Shown piece by piece: positions 41,523-51,133 of a stretch of DNA of 53,202 bases. Location of the stretch: NCBI GenBank assembly GCA_027005735.1, contig JALTLF010000151.1, forward strand, positions 1 to 53,202. Reading direction: 5' to 3'. Position 1 is the stretch's first letter; each line of letters opens with the position of its first letter. This DNA is from Chromatiales bacterium. Lineage in GTDB: Bacteria > Pseudomonadota > Gammaproteobacteria > CAMYNG01. Below the pieces are notes generated by a model, which searched no databases, was not told the DNA's origin, and was given only the letters and a program-made list of their open reading frames with translations. The position numbers and the translations under genes are program-made.

Positions 41523-42482
41523 ATGACACGCAGACTGGCCGTCATCATGGATCCCATCGGCGAAATCAGCTTCGCCAAGGACACCACCCTTGCCATGCTG
41601 CTGGAGGCCCAGCAGCGGGGCTGGCAGCTGTTCCACCTCGCACCGGGGGACCTCGCCCTGGAGGGCGGGCGCGTGCTGGCCACCGCCCAGCCCCTCAGCG
41701 TGGCCGACGATCCGGCGGACTGGTATTCCCTCGGCGAGGCCCACCGCTTCCCGCTGGCGGACATGGACCTGGTCCTCATGCGCAAGGATCCGCCCTTCGA
41801 CATGGACTACATCTACTGCACCTACCTGCTGGAGCTGGCGGAGGCCGATGGCGTGCTGGTGGTCAACCGGCCGCAGAGCCTGCGCGACTGCAACGAGAAG
41901 CTCTTCGCCGCCTGGTTCCCCCGGTGCATGCCCGAGACCCTGGTGGCGGCACGCGCCGCGCCCCTGCGCGACTTCGTCGCCCGCCTCGGCGATGTCATCC
42001 TCAAGCCCCTCGGCGGCATGGGCGGGGCCTCGGTGTTCCGTCTGCGCGCCGACGATCCCAACATCAACGTGGTCATCGAGACCCTCACCGGCCACGGCCG
42101 CCACCTCGTCATGGCGCAGCGCTACCTGCCCGAGATCCGCGACGGCGACAAGCGCATCATCCTCATCGACGGCGAGCCGGTGCCGGGCGTGCTGGCGCGC
42201 ATCCCCGCGCCCGGCGAGACCCGCGCCAACCTCGCCACCGGCGGCCGCGGCGAGGCGGTGGCGCTGAGCGAACGGGACCGCTGGATCTGCGCCCAGATCG
42301 GCCCCGAGTTGCGCCGCCGTGGCCTGCTGTTCGTGGGCATCGACGTCATCGGCGACTACCTCACCGAGATCAATGTCACCAGCCCCACCGGCGTGCGCCA
42401 GATCGACGCCCTCTTCGGCCTCAACGTCAGCGGCCGGCTGTTCGATACCATCGAGGCGCGCCTCGCGGAGGCCGGCCGCTGA
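41523..42482 (+). CDS. gshB: Glutathione synthetase
   Basis: IMDPI..KDTT, MRKDPPF, NEKL, KPLGGMGG, RANLATGG, TEINVTSPT. Confidence 0.95.
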   Translation: MTRRLAVIMDPIGEISFAKDTTLAMLLEAQQRGWQLFHLAPGDLALEGGRVLATAQPLSVADDPADWYSLGEAHRFPLADMDLVLMRKDPPFDMDYIYCTYLLELAEADGVLVVNRPQSLRDCNEKLFAAWFPRCMPETLVAARAAPLRDFVARLGDVILKPLGGMGGASVFRLRADDPNINVVIETLTGHGRHLVMAQRYLPEIRDGDKRIILIDGEPVPGVLARIPAPGETRANLATGGRGEAVALSERDRWICAQIGPELRRRGLLFVGIDVIGDYLTEINVTSPTGVRQIDALFGLNVSGRLFDTIEARLAEAGR

Positions 42483-43582
42483 TGCCCGTCGCAAGACGCC
42501 GGATCCCTGCCCGCCGCGCGGCGCGGCCGTGGGTGCTGCTGCTCGCCGGCCTGTTCGCCGGCCTGCTCGCCGCCTGTGAGCGCACCCCGCCACCGCCCAC
42601 ACCGCCGGCGACCACGCAAGCGGTGTTCTTCAGTTTCGGCACCCTGGTCTCGGTGGAGCTCTGGGGCACCTCCCCCGAACTCGGCCGGCAGGCGCTGGCC
42701 GCCATCGAGGGTGACCTCAACTACATGCACTTCGCCTGGCACGCCTGGAAACCCGGCTCGCTGGGGCGGGTCAACCAGCTGCTCGCCACCGGCGCGTGGT
42801 TCACGGCCAATCCCTCGGTGCTGCCGCTGGTCAAGCGCGCCCACGCCCTGTGGCGACGCAGCGGCGGCCTGTTCAACCCCGCCATGGGCGAGCTGCTGGC
42901 CCTGTGGGGCTTCCAGTCGGACGCGCCGCCCCAGGGGCCGCCGCCGTCCGCCGAGGCCATCGCCGCCTGGCTTGCCAGCGCGCCGCGGCCCGATGACCTG
43001 GAGATGGACGGCCTGCGCCTGCGCAGCCGCAACCCCCACCTGCGTCTGGATCTCGGCGGCATCGCCAAGGGCTATGCCCTGGCGCAGATCGCCGACAACC
43101 TCCGCGACATGGGCGTGCCCGCCGCCATCCTCAACGCCGGCGGCGATCTCTATGCCTGGGGCCGTCCCGGCGAGCGCCCCTGGCGCATCGGCATTCGCCA
43201 CCCGCGCCGCGCGGGGATCATCGCCACCCTGGACATCCGCGGCGCGGAGGCGGTGTTCACCTCCGGCGACTACGAACGCTACGTGGAGTACGCTGGCCAC
43301 CGCTACCCCCACATCCTCGACCCGCGCACCGGCTACCCCGCCGAGGGCGTGCAGGCCGTGACCGTGATCCACGCCGATCCCACCCTCGCCGACGCCGCCG
43401 CCACCGCCCTCTACGTCGCTGGCGTCAGGGACTGGCCGCGCGCGGCGGTGGCCATGGGCGTGCGCGAGATACTGCTCATCGACGCCGAGGGGCGCCTCTA
43501 CCTCACCCCCGAGATGCGCCAGCGCCTGCGCTTCGTCCCCGACGCGCCGAGGCCGGTGGTGGTCCACCTGCCGGCCTCGTGA
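42482..43582 (+). CDS. apbE: FAD:protein FMN transferase (ApbE family) lipoprotein
   Basis: ATG overlaps the gshB stop (TGATG); lipobox LAAC; DLGGIAKGY, NAGGD, WRIGIRHP, TSGDYER, HILDPRTG, ADAAATA. Confidence 0.9.
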   Translation: MPVARRRIPARRAARPWVLLLAGLFAGLLAACERTPPPPTPPATTQAVFFSFGTLVSVELWGTSPELGRQALAAIEGDLNYMHFAWHAWKPGSLGRVNQLLATGAWFTANPSVLPLVKRAHALWRRSGGLFNPAMGELLALWGFQSDAPPQGPPPSAEAIAAWLASAPRPDDLEMDGLRLRSRNPHLRLDLGGIAKGYALAQIADNLRDMGVPAAILNAGGDLYAWGRPGERPWRIGIRHPRRAGIIATLDIRGAEAVFTSGDYERYVEYAGHRYPHILDPRTGYPAEGVQAVTVIHADPTLADAAATALYVAGVRDWPRAAVAMGVREILLIDAEGRLYLTPEMRQRLRFVPDAPRPVVVHLPAS

Positions 43583-43714
43583 TGTCGCGCGGATCACCCC
43601 GCGGGGGAAACACCGCGTTTGCATCAGGAGGTCATTGCCGAAAGGGCGCGGGCTCACTGTCGTTTTGTCCACCGCACGCTATAATCCCGGCCAACACTCA
43701 TCGACGCGGATAAC

Positions 43715-44644
43715 GTGAACGCCACTGCCATGCTCAACCCGGGACCCGCGCCCGCCGGCAATCGCCGTAGCCCGGCGGGCGTCAGCGACGCCGACCGCCT
43801 CGGCCTGACCCTGTTCCTCGCCCTCGCCCTGCATACCATCATTATTCTCGGCGTCAGTTTCACCACCGGTGAAGACGGCGAGCCTCCGGTGCTGAACATG
43901 GAGATCACCCTGGTCACCCAGCGCAGCAACGAGGCCCCCGAGGACGCCGACTACCTCGCCCAGGACAACCAGCTCGGCGGGGGCAACACCCCCGAGCGCG
44001 TGCGCGCCATGAGTCCCTTCTCCAACCCCAACCCGGTGCCGGAGGAGGGTTTCGCCCCGGACAGCCGCCCGCAGCTGACCACCCCGCCGCTGGAGGAACA
44101 GGCCCCGCAGACCGAGATCATTACCGCCGCACGCGCGCCGCGCACGGTGGGCAGCACGCCCCACGAGGATCCCGTGCCGGTCACGGCGCAGACCCCCACC
44201 GCCGCGCAGATCTTCGAGCGCAGCCGCGAGATCGCGCGGCTCGCCGCCGAGATCAACCGCCTCAAGCAGACCTACCAGGAGACGCCGCGCCACACCCACG
44301 TCAACGGCGCCAACGCCCGCCAGTACCGCTTCGCCGCCTACATGGACGCCTGGCGCGCCAAGGTGGAACGGGTGGGCAACCTCAACTACCCCGAGGAGGC
44401 CATTCGCCGGAACCTCTCCGGCAGCCTGCTGCTCGACGTGGCCATCAATGCCGACGGCAGCCTCAACGAGGTGCGCATCCTGCGCTCCTCCGGCGAGCCC
44501 GTGCTCGACGAGGCGGCCATGCGCATCGTCAGGATGGCGGCGCCCTTCCCGCCCCTGCCGCAGGACATCAAGCAGGACACCGACATCCTGCACATCCCGC
44601 GCGTGTGGCGCTTCAAGAATACCGGCCGCCTGTCCTTCAACTGA
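43715..44644 (+). CDS. tonB: Energy transducer TonB (TonB3-like)
   Basis: TM with ALHT motif; ADYLAQDNQLGGG; WRAKVERVGNLNYPE, SSG..LDEAA, APFPPLP. Confidence 0.85.
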   Translation: MNATAMLNPGPAPAGNRRSPAGVSDADRLGLTLFLALALHTIIILGVSFTTGEDGEPPVLNMEITLVTQRSNEAPEDADYLAQDNQLGGGNTPERVRAMSPFSNPNPVPEEGFAPDSRPQLTTPPLEEQAPQTEIITAARAPRTVGSTPHEDPVPVTAQTPTAAQIFERSREIARLAAEINRLKQTYQETPRHTHVNGANARQYRFAAYMDAWRAKVERVGNLNYPEEAIRRNLSGSLLLDVAINADGSLNEVRILRSSGEPVLDEAAMRIVRMAAPFPPLPQDIKQDTDILHIPRVWRFKNTGRLSFN

Positions 44645-44672
44645 GCCCCCGGGGCACCCGGCCACGGCGGGC

Positions 44673-44700
44673 CTTGAAACGCCAGCGCGCCGCCCCACAT
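44673..44700 (+). promoter_or_regulatory. Sigma-32 (RpoH)-like promoter upstream of algH
   Basis: CTTGAAA-N13-CCCCACAT versus consensus CTTGAAA-N13/14-CCCCATNT. Confidence 0.6.
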
Positions 44701-44774
44701 GCTTTGCTGAACCCCGAGGATGCGCAGGCGTGACGCGCCTTGCGCCATGCAGTTTTCTACCCGATACTTGAACC

Positions 44775-45338
44775 ATGGCCAATGAACGCCTCAGCAATCA
44801 GTTCCTGATTGCCATGCCCAACCTGGCAGACCCCAACTTTTCCCGCACGGTCACCTATCTCTGTGACCACAACGAGGAAGGCGCCATGGGGGTGGTGATC
44901 AATCGGCCCACCGATGTCTCGCTGGCGGATATCGTTGGCTACATGGGCCTCGAAGGCGACGAGGAACGCCTGCGCGAGATCCCCGTCTACCAGGGCGGAC
45001 CCGTGCAGGTGGAGCGCGGCTTCGTGCTGCACCGGCCGCTGGGCAACTGGGAGGCCACCCTGCCGGTCACCGACGAAATCGGCATTACCATGTCGCGCGA
45101 CATCGTCGAGGCCATCATCCGCGGCGAGGACATGCCGAAGGACTACCTCATCGCCCTTGGCTACGCCGGCTGGGGTTCCGGCCAGCTCGAGGAAGAGATG
45201 GCCGCCAATGCCTGGCTCAACGGCCCCGCCGATCCCGCCATTCTCTTCGAGAAACCCGTCGCCGAACGCTGGGCCCTGTCGGCCGCCGATCTCGGCGTCG
45301 ATCTCAGGCTCCTCTCCACCGACGCCGGACACGCATGA
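44775..45338 (+). CDS. algH: YqgE/AlgH family protein
   Basis: FLIAMP..DPNFSRTV, GAMGVVINRP, GGPV..ERGFVLH, GYAGWGSGQLE, C-terminal AGHA. Confidence 0.93.
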   Translation: MANERLSNQFLIAMPNLADPNFSRTVTYLCDHNEEGAMGVVINRPTDVSLADIVGYMGLEGDEERLREIPVYQGGPVQVERGFVLHRPLGNWEATLPVTDEIGITMSRDIVEAIIRGEDMPKDYLIALGYAGWGSGQLEEEMAANAWLNGPADPAILFEKPVAERWALSAADLGVDLRLLSTDAGHA

Positions 45339-45754
45339 GCGAGGCCCCCGCCACGGTGCTGGGTTTCGACTTTGGAACCCGGCGTATCGGCGTGGCCATT
45401 GGCCAGACCCTCACCGGCACCGCCCGCCCCCTGACCACCCTGCGCGCCCGCGAGGGCCAGCCCGACTGGCAGGAAGTGGCGCGCCTGCTGGACGACTGGC
45501 GCCCCCAGGCCTTCGTCGTCGGCCTGCCGGTGCACATGGACGGGCGCGAGCACGCGCGCACCGCGGCGGCGCGGCGCTTCGGCAACCGCCTGCACGGGCG
45601 CTTCGGCCTGCCGGTGATCTGGATCGACGAACGCCTGACCTCCGAGGAGGCCGAGCGGCAACTGCGTGACGCGGGGGGCGATACCGGGGAGGTGGATGCC
45701 GTGGCCGCGCAGCTCATCGTCCAGTCATGGCTGGATCGGCACCCCGGCTCATGA
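45335..45754 (+). CDS. ruvX: YqgF/RuvX pre-16S rRNA nuclease
   Basis: LGFDFGTRRIGVA, VVGLP, DERLTS, DAVAA. Confidence 0.93.
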   Translation: MSEAPATVLGFDFGTRRIGVAIGQTLTGTARPLTTLRAREGQPDWQEVARLLDDWRPQAFVVGLPVHMDGREHARTAAARRFGNRLHGRFGLPVIWIDERLTSEEAERQLRDAGGDTGEVDAVAAQLIVQSWLDRHPGS

Positions 45755-45769
45755 GAGAATCGCCCTTTA

Positions 45770-46273
45770 ATGCCTGACACCCTCGACGTACAAGCCCTGC
45801 TGGACGACATGGCCAGCCAGCTGCAGCACCTCCTGCAGCAGTCCGGTATTTCCGAACCCCTCATCATCGGCATCCATACCGGCGGCGTGTGGGTCGCCGA
45901 GGGCCTGCACCGGCGCCTCGGCTCCGAGCAGGCGCTGGGCACCCTCAGCATCACCTTCTACCGCGACGACTTCACCCGCATCGGCCTGCACCCCCAGGTG
46001 CGCCCCTCGGAACTGCCCTTCGACATCGACGAGCGCACCCTCATCCTGGTGGACGACGTACTGCATACCGGGCGCACCATTCGCGCGGCGCTGAACGAGA
46101 TCTTCGACTACGGCCGCCCGGCGCGGGTCATCCTCGCCACCCTGGTGGTACGCCCCGGGCGCGAGCTGCCCATCTGTGCCGATGTCACCGGCACCACCCT
46201 GGAACTGGGCGACAACGAGCACGTCAAGCTCACCGGCCCCGAGCCGCTGAAGCTGGAGATCCAGTCCACATGA
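45770..46273 (+). CDS. pyrR: PyrR (pyrimidine regulator/UPRTase fold)
   Basis: [27 protein letters not shown]. Confidence 0.92.
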   Translation: MPDTLDVQALLDDMASQLQHLLQQSGISEPLIIGIHTGGVWVAEGLHRRLGSEQALGTLSITFYRDDFTRIGLHPQVRPSELPFDIDERTLILVDDVLHTGRTIRAALNEIFDYGRPARVILATLVVRPGRELPICADVTGTTLELGDNEHVKLTGPEPLKLEIQST

Positions 46274-47262
46274 CGACGCGCGACATCCAGCTCGATGACG
46301 ACGGCCGCCTGCGCCACCTGCTCACCATCGAGGGACTCAAGCGCCCCATCCTCACCGACATCCTCGACTACGCGGAGAACTTCGCCCCCGGTCCCGGCCA
46401 GTCGGTGAAGAAGGTGCCGCTGCTGCGCAGCAAGACCATCGCCAACCTGTTCTTCGAAGCCAGCACGCGCACGCGCACCACTTTCGAGCTGGCGGCCAAG
46501 CGCCTCTCGGCGGACGTGCTCAACGTCAACATCAACACCTCCTCCACGGTCAAGGGCGAGAGCCTGCTCGACATGCTGCGCAATCTCGAGGCCATGCACT
46601 GCGACATGTTCGTGGTGCGCCACAGCCGCAGCGGCGCGGCGCACTTCATCGCCCGCCACGTGGCGCCGCACATCAGCGTCATCAACGGCGGTGACGGCTC
46701 CCACGCCCACCCCACCCAGGCGATGCTGGACATGTTCACCATCCGCCGCCACAAGGGCGACTTCACCCGCCTGCGCGTGGCCATCGTCGGCGACATCCTG
46801 CACTCGCGCGTGGCGCGCTCGCAGATCCACGCGCTCACCACCCTCGGCGTGCCCGAGGTGAGGGTCATCGGTCCGCATACCCTCATCCCGAACGACGCGG
46901 AAAAACTGGGCGTGCACGTCTTCCACGACATGGAGGCCGGCCTGCGCGACTGCGACGTGGTCATCATGCTGCGCCTGCAACGCGAGCGCATGAGTGGCGC
47001 CCTGCTGCCCAGCGAGGCGGAATACTTTTCCTGTTACGGCCTCACACCGGCCAAGCTGGCGCTGGCGAAACCCGACGCCATCGTCATGCACCCGGGCCCC
47101 ATCAACCGCGGCGTGGAGATCGCCTCGGAGGTGGCCGACGGCCCGCAGTCGGTGATCCTCGAGCAGGTCACCAACGGTATCGCCGTGCGCATGGCCATCA
47201 TGGCCATGACCCTGGGCCGCCACCGCGGCGCGGAGAGCGGCGAGTCGGAGGGCGGCACATGA
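46270..47262 (+). CDS. pyrB: Aspartate carbamoyltransferase catalytic subunit
   Basis: ATG at 46270 overlaps the pyrR stop; [39 protein letters not shown]. Confidence 0.95.
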   Translation: MTTRDIQLDDDGRLRHLLTIEGLKRPILTDILDYAENFAPGPGQSVKKVPLLRSKTIANLFFEASTRTRTTFELAAKRLSADVLNVNINTSSTVKGESLLDMLRNLEAMHCDMFVVRHSRSGAAHFIARHVAPHISVINGGDGSHAHPTQAMLDMFTIRRHKGDFTRLRVAIVGDILHSRVARSQIHALTTLGVPEVRVIGPHTLIPNDAEKLGVHVFHDMEAGLRDCDVVIMLRLQRERMSGALLPSEAEYFSCYGLTPAKLALAKPDAIVMHPGPINRGVEIASEVADGPQSVILEQVTNGIAVRMAIMAMTLGRHRGAESGESEGGT

Positions 47263-48536
47263 AGCGCGTGCACATCCAGGGCGGCCACCTCGTCGACCCG
47301 GCCAACGGCATCGACGCGCCGCGGGACCTCTTCATCGCCGAGGGCCGCGTGGTGGCCGTGGGCGAGGCGCCGGCGGGCTTTGCCGCCGATCACCGCATCG
47401 ACGCCCGCGGGCTGACCGTGGTGCCGGGACTGGTGGACCTGCAGGCGCGCCTGCGCGAGCCGGGCCAGGAACACAAGGCCACCATCGCCTCGGAGAGCGC
47501 CGCCGCCGCCGCCGGGGGCATCACCACCCTGTGCGTGCCGCCCGACACCGAGCCGGTCATCGACACCCCGGCGGTGGTGGAACTCATCCACCAGCGCGCC
47601 GAGGCCGCGGGCCGCGCCCACATCGTACCGCTGGGGGCACTGACCCGGGCACTGGAAGGCCAGCAGTTGAGCGAGATGGCGGAGCTGCAACGGGTGGGCT
47701 GTGTGGGCATGAGCAACGCGCGCCGGCCGGTGAGCAACACCCTGGTGCTGCGCCGCGCGCTGGAGTATGCCGCCAGCCACGGCATCACCGTTTTCCTGCA
47801 GCCCTGCGATGCGCACCTTGCCAGCGAGGGCTGTGCCCACGAGGGCAGCATCAGCGCGCGCCTCGGCCTGCCCGGGATCCCTGCCTCCGCCGAGACCGTG
47901 GCGGTGGCGCAGATCCTCATGCTCATCGAGCAGACGGGCACGCGCGTGCACTTCGGCCAGCTCTCCACCGCGCGCGCGGCCAGCATGATCGCCCGCGCCC
48001 GCTACGACGGCCTGCCCATCAGCGCCGACGTCGCCGCCCACCACCTGCACCTGACGGACATGGACATCGGTTACTTCAACAGCAACTGCCACGTGGAGCC
48101 ACCCCTGCGCAGCGAGCGCGACCGCGACGGCCTGCGCGCGGCGCTGGCCAGGGGCACGCTGGACGCCATCTGCTCCGATCACCAGCCCCACGACGCCGAC
48201 GCCAAGCTGGCGCCCTTCTGCGACACCGAGCCCGGCATCAGCGCGCTGGAGACCTTCCTGCCGCTGGCCCTGCGCCTGGTCACCGACGGCGTGCTCGCCC
48301 TGCCGGATCTCGTCGCCCGCCTCACCTGCCAGCCGGCGGACATCCTCGGCATCGACGCCGGCCGCCTCGGCGTGGGCGACCGCGCCGACGTGTGCATCTT
48401 CGACGCCGGGGACCACTGGCGCGTGACCGGCGAGGCGCTGGTGAGCCGTGGCCGCAATACCCCCTTCGAGGGCTGGGACCTGCAGGGACGCGTCACCCAC
48501 ACCCTGCTCGACGGCCGCCTGGTGTACAGCGCATGA
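47259..48536 (+). CDS. pyrC': Dihydroorotase-like protein, probably the non-catalytic PyrC' subunit of ATCase
   Basis: Amidohydrolase fold (PGLVD..REPG, SDHQPH, NTPF), but the HxH metal motif is replaced by QAR. Confidence 0.85.
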   Translation: MKRVHIQGGHLVDPANGIDAPRDLFIAEGRVVAVGEAPAGFAADHRIDARGLTVVPGLVDLQARLREPGQEHKATIASESAAAAAGGITTLCVPPDTEPVIDTPAVVELIHQRAEAAGRAHIVPLGALTRALEGQQLSEMAELQRVGCVGMSNARRPVSNTLVLRRALEYAASHGITVFLQPCDAHLASEGCAHEGSISARLGLPGIPASAETVAVAQILMLIEQTGTRVHFGQLSTARAASMIARARYDGLPISADVAAHHLHLTDMDIGYFNSNCHVEPPLRSERDRDGLRAALARGTLDAICSDHQPHDADAKLAPFCDTEPGISALETFLPLALRLVTDGVLALPDLVARLTCQPADILGIDAGRLGVGDRADVCIFDAGDHWRVTGEALVSRGRNTPFEGWDLQGRVTHTLLDGRLVYSA

Positions 48537-49402
48537 GCACGCGCAGCACCATCCACCTGGTCGAGGCCACGGTGCTCGAACACCACCACCTCGACGGCGA
48601 ACAACACATCCTGCGCGTGCAGGCCGACGACATCGCCGCCGACGCCCGTCCCGGCAGCTTCGCCCACATCACCTGCGATCCCTGCCTGCCCATGCGCCGT
48701 CCCATCTCCATCCTGCGCGCGGATCGCCGGCAGGGCTGGGTGGAATTTCTCTACAAGGTGGTGGGCGAAGGCACGCGGCGCCTGGCCGAGCGCGGGGAAG
48801 GCGAACTACTCAGTATCCTCGGGCCCATCGGCCGCCCCTTCAGTTTCGATACCGCGCGCCGGCGCCCGCTGCTCATCGGCGGTGGCGTGGGCATGCCACC
48901 CATGATCTTCCTCGCCGAGACAATGCGCGGGGAAAAAGACCTGCAGCCCTTCGTCATCCTCGGCTCCGAGGTGCCCTTCCCCTTCACCGCCCGCCCCTCC
49001 ACCGTCATGGTGCCGGGCATGCCCGAGGGCGTCATCGCCGCCATGCCGCTGCTGGAAGACCGGGGTATCGCCAGCCGGCTGGCCAGCACCCGGGGCTATG
49101 CCGGCTGCTTCGAGGGCTATGTCACCGATCTCGCCCGTCACTGGCTCGACGCGCTGGACGAGGAGGCCCGTGGGCAAGTGGAAGTCTTTGCCTGCGGCCC
49201 CCACCCCATGCTCGAAGCCGTCGCCCGGCTGGCGCGCGACTACAATCTCCCCTGCCAGGTCTCCATGGAAGAATTCATGGCCTGCGGCGTCGGCGGCTGC
49301 GCCGGCTGCGTGGTGGAAGTGCAGACCGAAACCGGCCCGGCGATGAAACGCGTGTGCGTGGACGGGCCGGTGTTCGAGGCGGGGGAGGTTTTTCCGTTTT
49401 AG
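48533..49402 (+). CDS. pyrK: Dihydroorotate dehydrogenase electron-transfer subunit (PyrK/PyrDII-like; FAD, 2Fe-2S)
   Basis: ATG at 48533 overlaps the pyrC' stop; RRPISI, GGGVG, ACGP, EEFMACGVGGCAGC...RVCVDGPVF. Confidence 0.88.
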   Translation: MSTRSTIHLVEATVLEHHHLDGEQHILRVQADDIAADARPGSFAHITCDPCLPMRRPISILRADRRQGWVEFLYKVVGEGTRRLAERGEGELLSILGPIGRPFSFDTARRRPLLIGGGVGMPPMIFLAETMRGEKDLQPFVILGSEVPFPFTARPSTVMVPGMPEGVIAAMPLLEDRGIASRLASTRGYAGCFEGYVTDLARHWLDALDEEARGQVEVFACGPHPMLEAVARLARDYNLPCQVSMEEFMACGVGGCAGCVVEVQTETGPAMKRVCVDGPVFEAGEVFPF

Positions 49403-49444
49403 CCGGGTTCTTTCTGAACCTTTATTTCAAGTTTTAAAAGGTGC

Positions 49445-49970
49445 TTTTTCGCTCGCACTGCGAGCGAGGTACTTTCTTTTGCCCCCCAAAAGAAAGTACC
49501 CAAAGAAAAGGGGGCCCGGAAATGCCGTCGCTGCGCGATGCCCTTGGGCCCACGGCTGGCGCGGCGCTCGCCTGGACTCGCTGATGCTCAGACACCGGCT
49601 CGCGTCCTCCTTGCCAGCCGTGTGCCCTGCGGCGGCATTTGACGGGAAGGAGGTGGTTTTCTTGCTCTTGAGCGAAGAATCCCAACTATCGCCACAAGGG
49701 TGTGCAGAGTGCGGGTGTTTACCCATCCCCTTACGCCGCGCCGAGCGCGGCGGGGTGTGAACGGACAAAGCCCCATGCGCAGCATGGGGTCGCCGCAGGG
49801 AGGCGGCGAATTGGCAGCGGGCCAGGGACGGCCCGTCTGCCAATCCCGAAACACCCCGGCCCGCGAGGGCACTGCCGCAGGCAGCGCGGCGTGGGGGGTG
49901 TCCTTTCTTTTGGGTACTTTTCTTTGGACAGGCAAAGAAAAGTACCTCGGCCCCGGTGGGGCCGAAAAAA
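49445..49970. mobile_element. Non-autonomous structured element (MITE-like), or two head-to-head repeat units
   Basis: Imperfect ~47-bp inverted termini (49466-49512 versus 49902-49948), each holding a GGTAC..GTACC palindrome, with outer hairpins and T/A tracts. The interior is largely self-complementary and has no credible ORF. Confidence 0.7.
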
Positions 49971-49977
49971 CTCCTTG

Positions 49978-51102
49978 TCAATCCGTCTCCTGGATGGTGA
50001 CGCCTTCGAGACCCGCCGCCATGGTGTTGGGATCGCCGCTGGAGTCGCCGAGCTTGATCATCAGGCGCAGCTCGTTGGCCGAGTCGGCGTGGGTCAGCGC
50101 GTCTTCGTAGGTGATCTCGCCTTCCTTGTAGAGATCGTAGAGCGCCTGGTCGAAGGTCTGCATGCCGAGCTGGCGGGACTTGGCCATGAGTTCCTTGAGG
50201 GTGTGGACTTCGCCCTTGCGGATCATGTCTGCCGCCAGCGGGGTGTTGATCAACACTTCGCAGGCCACGCGCCGGCCCTTGCCGTCGGGCGTGGGGATGA
50301 GTTGCTGCGCCACCATGCCCTTGAGGTTGAGCGACAGGTCCATGAGCAACTGGTTGCGGCGATCTTCCGGGAAGAAGTTGATGATGCGGTCCAGCGCCTG
50401 GTTGGCGTTGTTGGCGTGCAGGGTGGCGAGACACAGGTGACCGGTCTCGGCGAAGGCGATGGCGTGGTCCATGGTCTCGCGGGTACGGATTTCGCCGATG
50501 AGGATCACGTCCGGCGCCTGACGCAGGGTGTTCTTGAGCGCCATCTCGAAGGACTCGGTGTCGATGCCCACCTCGCGCTGGGTGACGATGCAGCCGCCGT
50601 GCTGGTGGATGTACTCGATGGGATCCTCGATGCTGACGATATGACCGGTGCTGTTGTTGTTGCGGAAACCGATCATGGAGGCCAGCGAGGTGGACTTGCC
50701 GGAACCGGTGGCGCCGACGAAGATCACCATGCCGCGCTTGGTCATGGCCAGTTCCTTGATGATGGGAGGCAGCTTGAGTTCTTCGATGGTGGGGATCTTC
50801 GTTTCGATCTTGCGCAGCACCATGCCAGCGTGATTGCGCTGCTGGAAGGCGCTGACACGGAAGCGTCCAATGCCGCTGGCGCTGATGGCGAAGTTGCACT
50901 CGTGGGTGCGATCGAATTCCTCGCGTTGCGCCGGTGTCATGATGGAATAGACGATCTCCCGCGCCTGGGTCGGCGTCAGGCTGGACTGCGTCACCGGGGT
51001 GATCTTGCCGTGCACCTTGAGGCTCGGCGCCACGCCGGCGGTGATGAACAGATCCGATGCGTTCTTGTGCACCATCAGTTTGAGCAGTTGTTCGAATTCC
51101 AT
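49978..51102 (-). CDS. pilU: Type IV pilus retraction ATPase PilU
   Basis: ASDLFIT, GATGSGKST, EDPIE, LIGEIR, TLHANNANQALDRI, GMQTFDQ. Confidence 0.95.
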   Translation of the reverse strand: MEFEQLLKLMVHKNASDLFITAGVAPSLKVHGKITPVTQSSLTPTQAREIVYSIMTPAQREEFDRTHECNFAISASGIGRFRVSAFQQRNHAGMVLRKIETKIPTIEELKLPPIIKELAMTKRGMVIFVGATGSGKSTSLASMIGFRNNNSTGHIVSIEDPIEYIHQHGGCIVTQREVGIDTESFEMALKNTLRQAPDVILIGEIRTRETMDHAIAFAETGHLCLATLHANNANQALDRIINFFPEDRRNQLLMDLSLNLKGMVAQQLIPTPDGKGRRVACEVLINTPLAADMIRKGEVHTLKELMAKSRQLGMQTFDQALYDLYKEGEITYEDALTHADSANELRLMIKLGDSSGDPNTMAAGLEGVTIQETD

Positions 51103-51133
51103 CGCCTTCTCCTGCCTTTGCTCTACACCAGGC

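Noticed and set aside
41924-48532. Long N-terminal extensions of the apbE, pyrB and pyrK ORFs
   Set aside because: They overlap the upstream genes out of frame. Stop/start-overlap ATGs at 42482, 46270 and 48533 give normal proteins.
49445-49970. CRISPR array or tRNA interpretation of the palindromic region
   Set aside because: No direct repeats with unique spacers; no T-loop (GTTCRA) cloverleaf.
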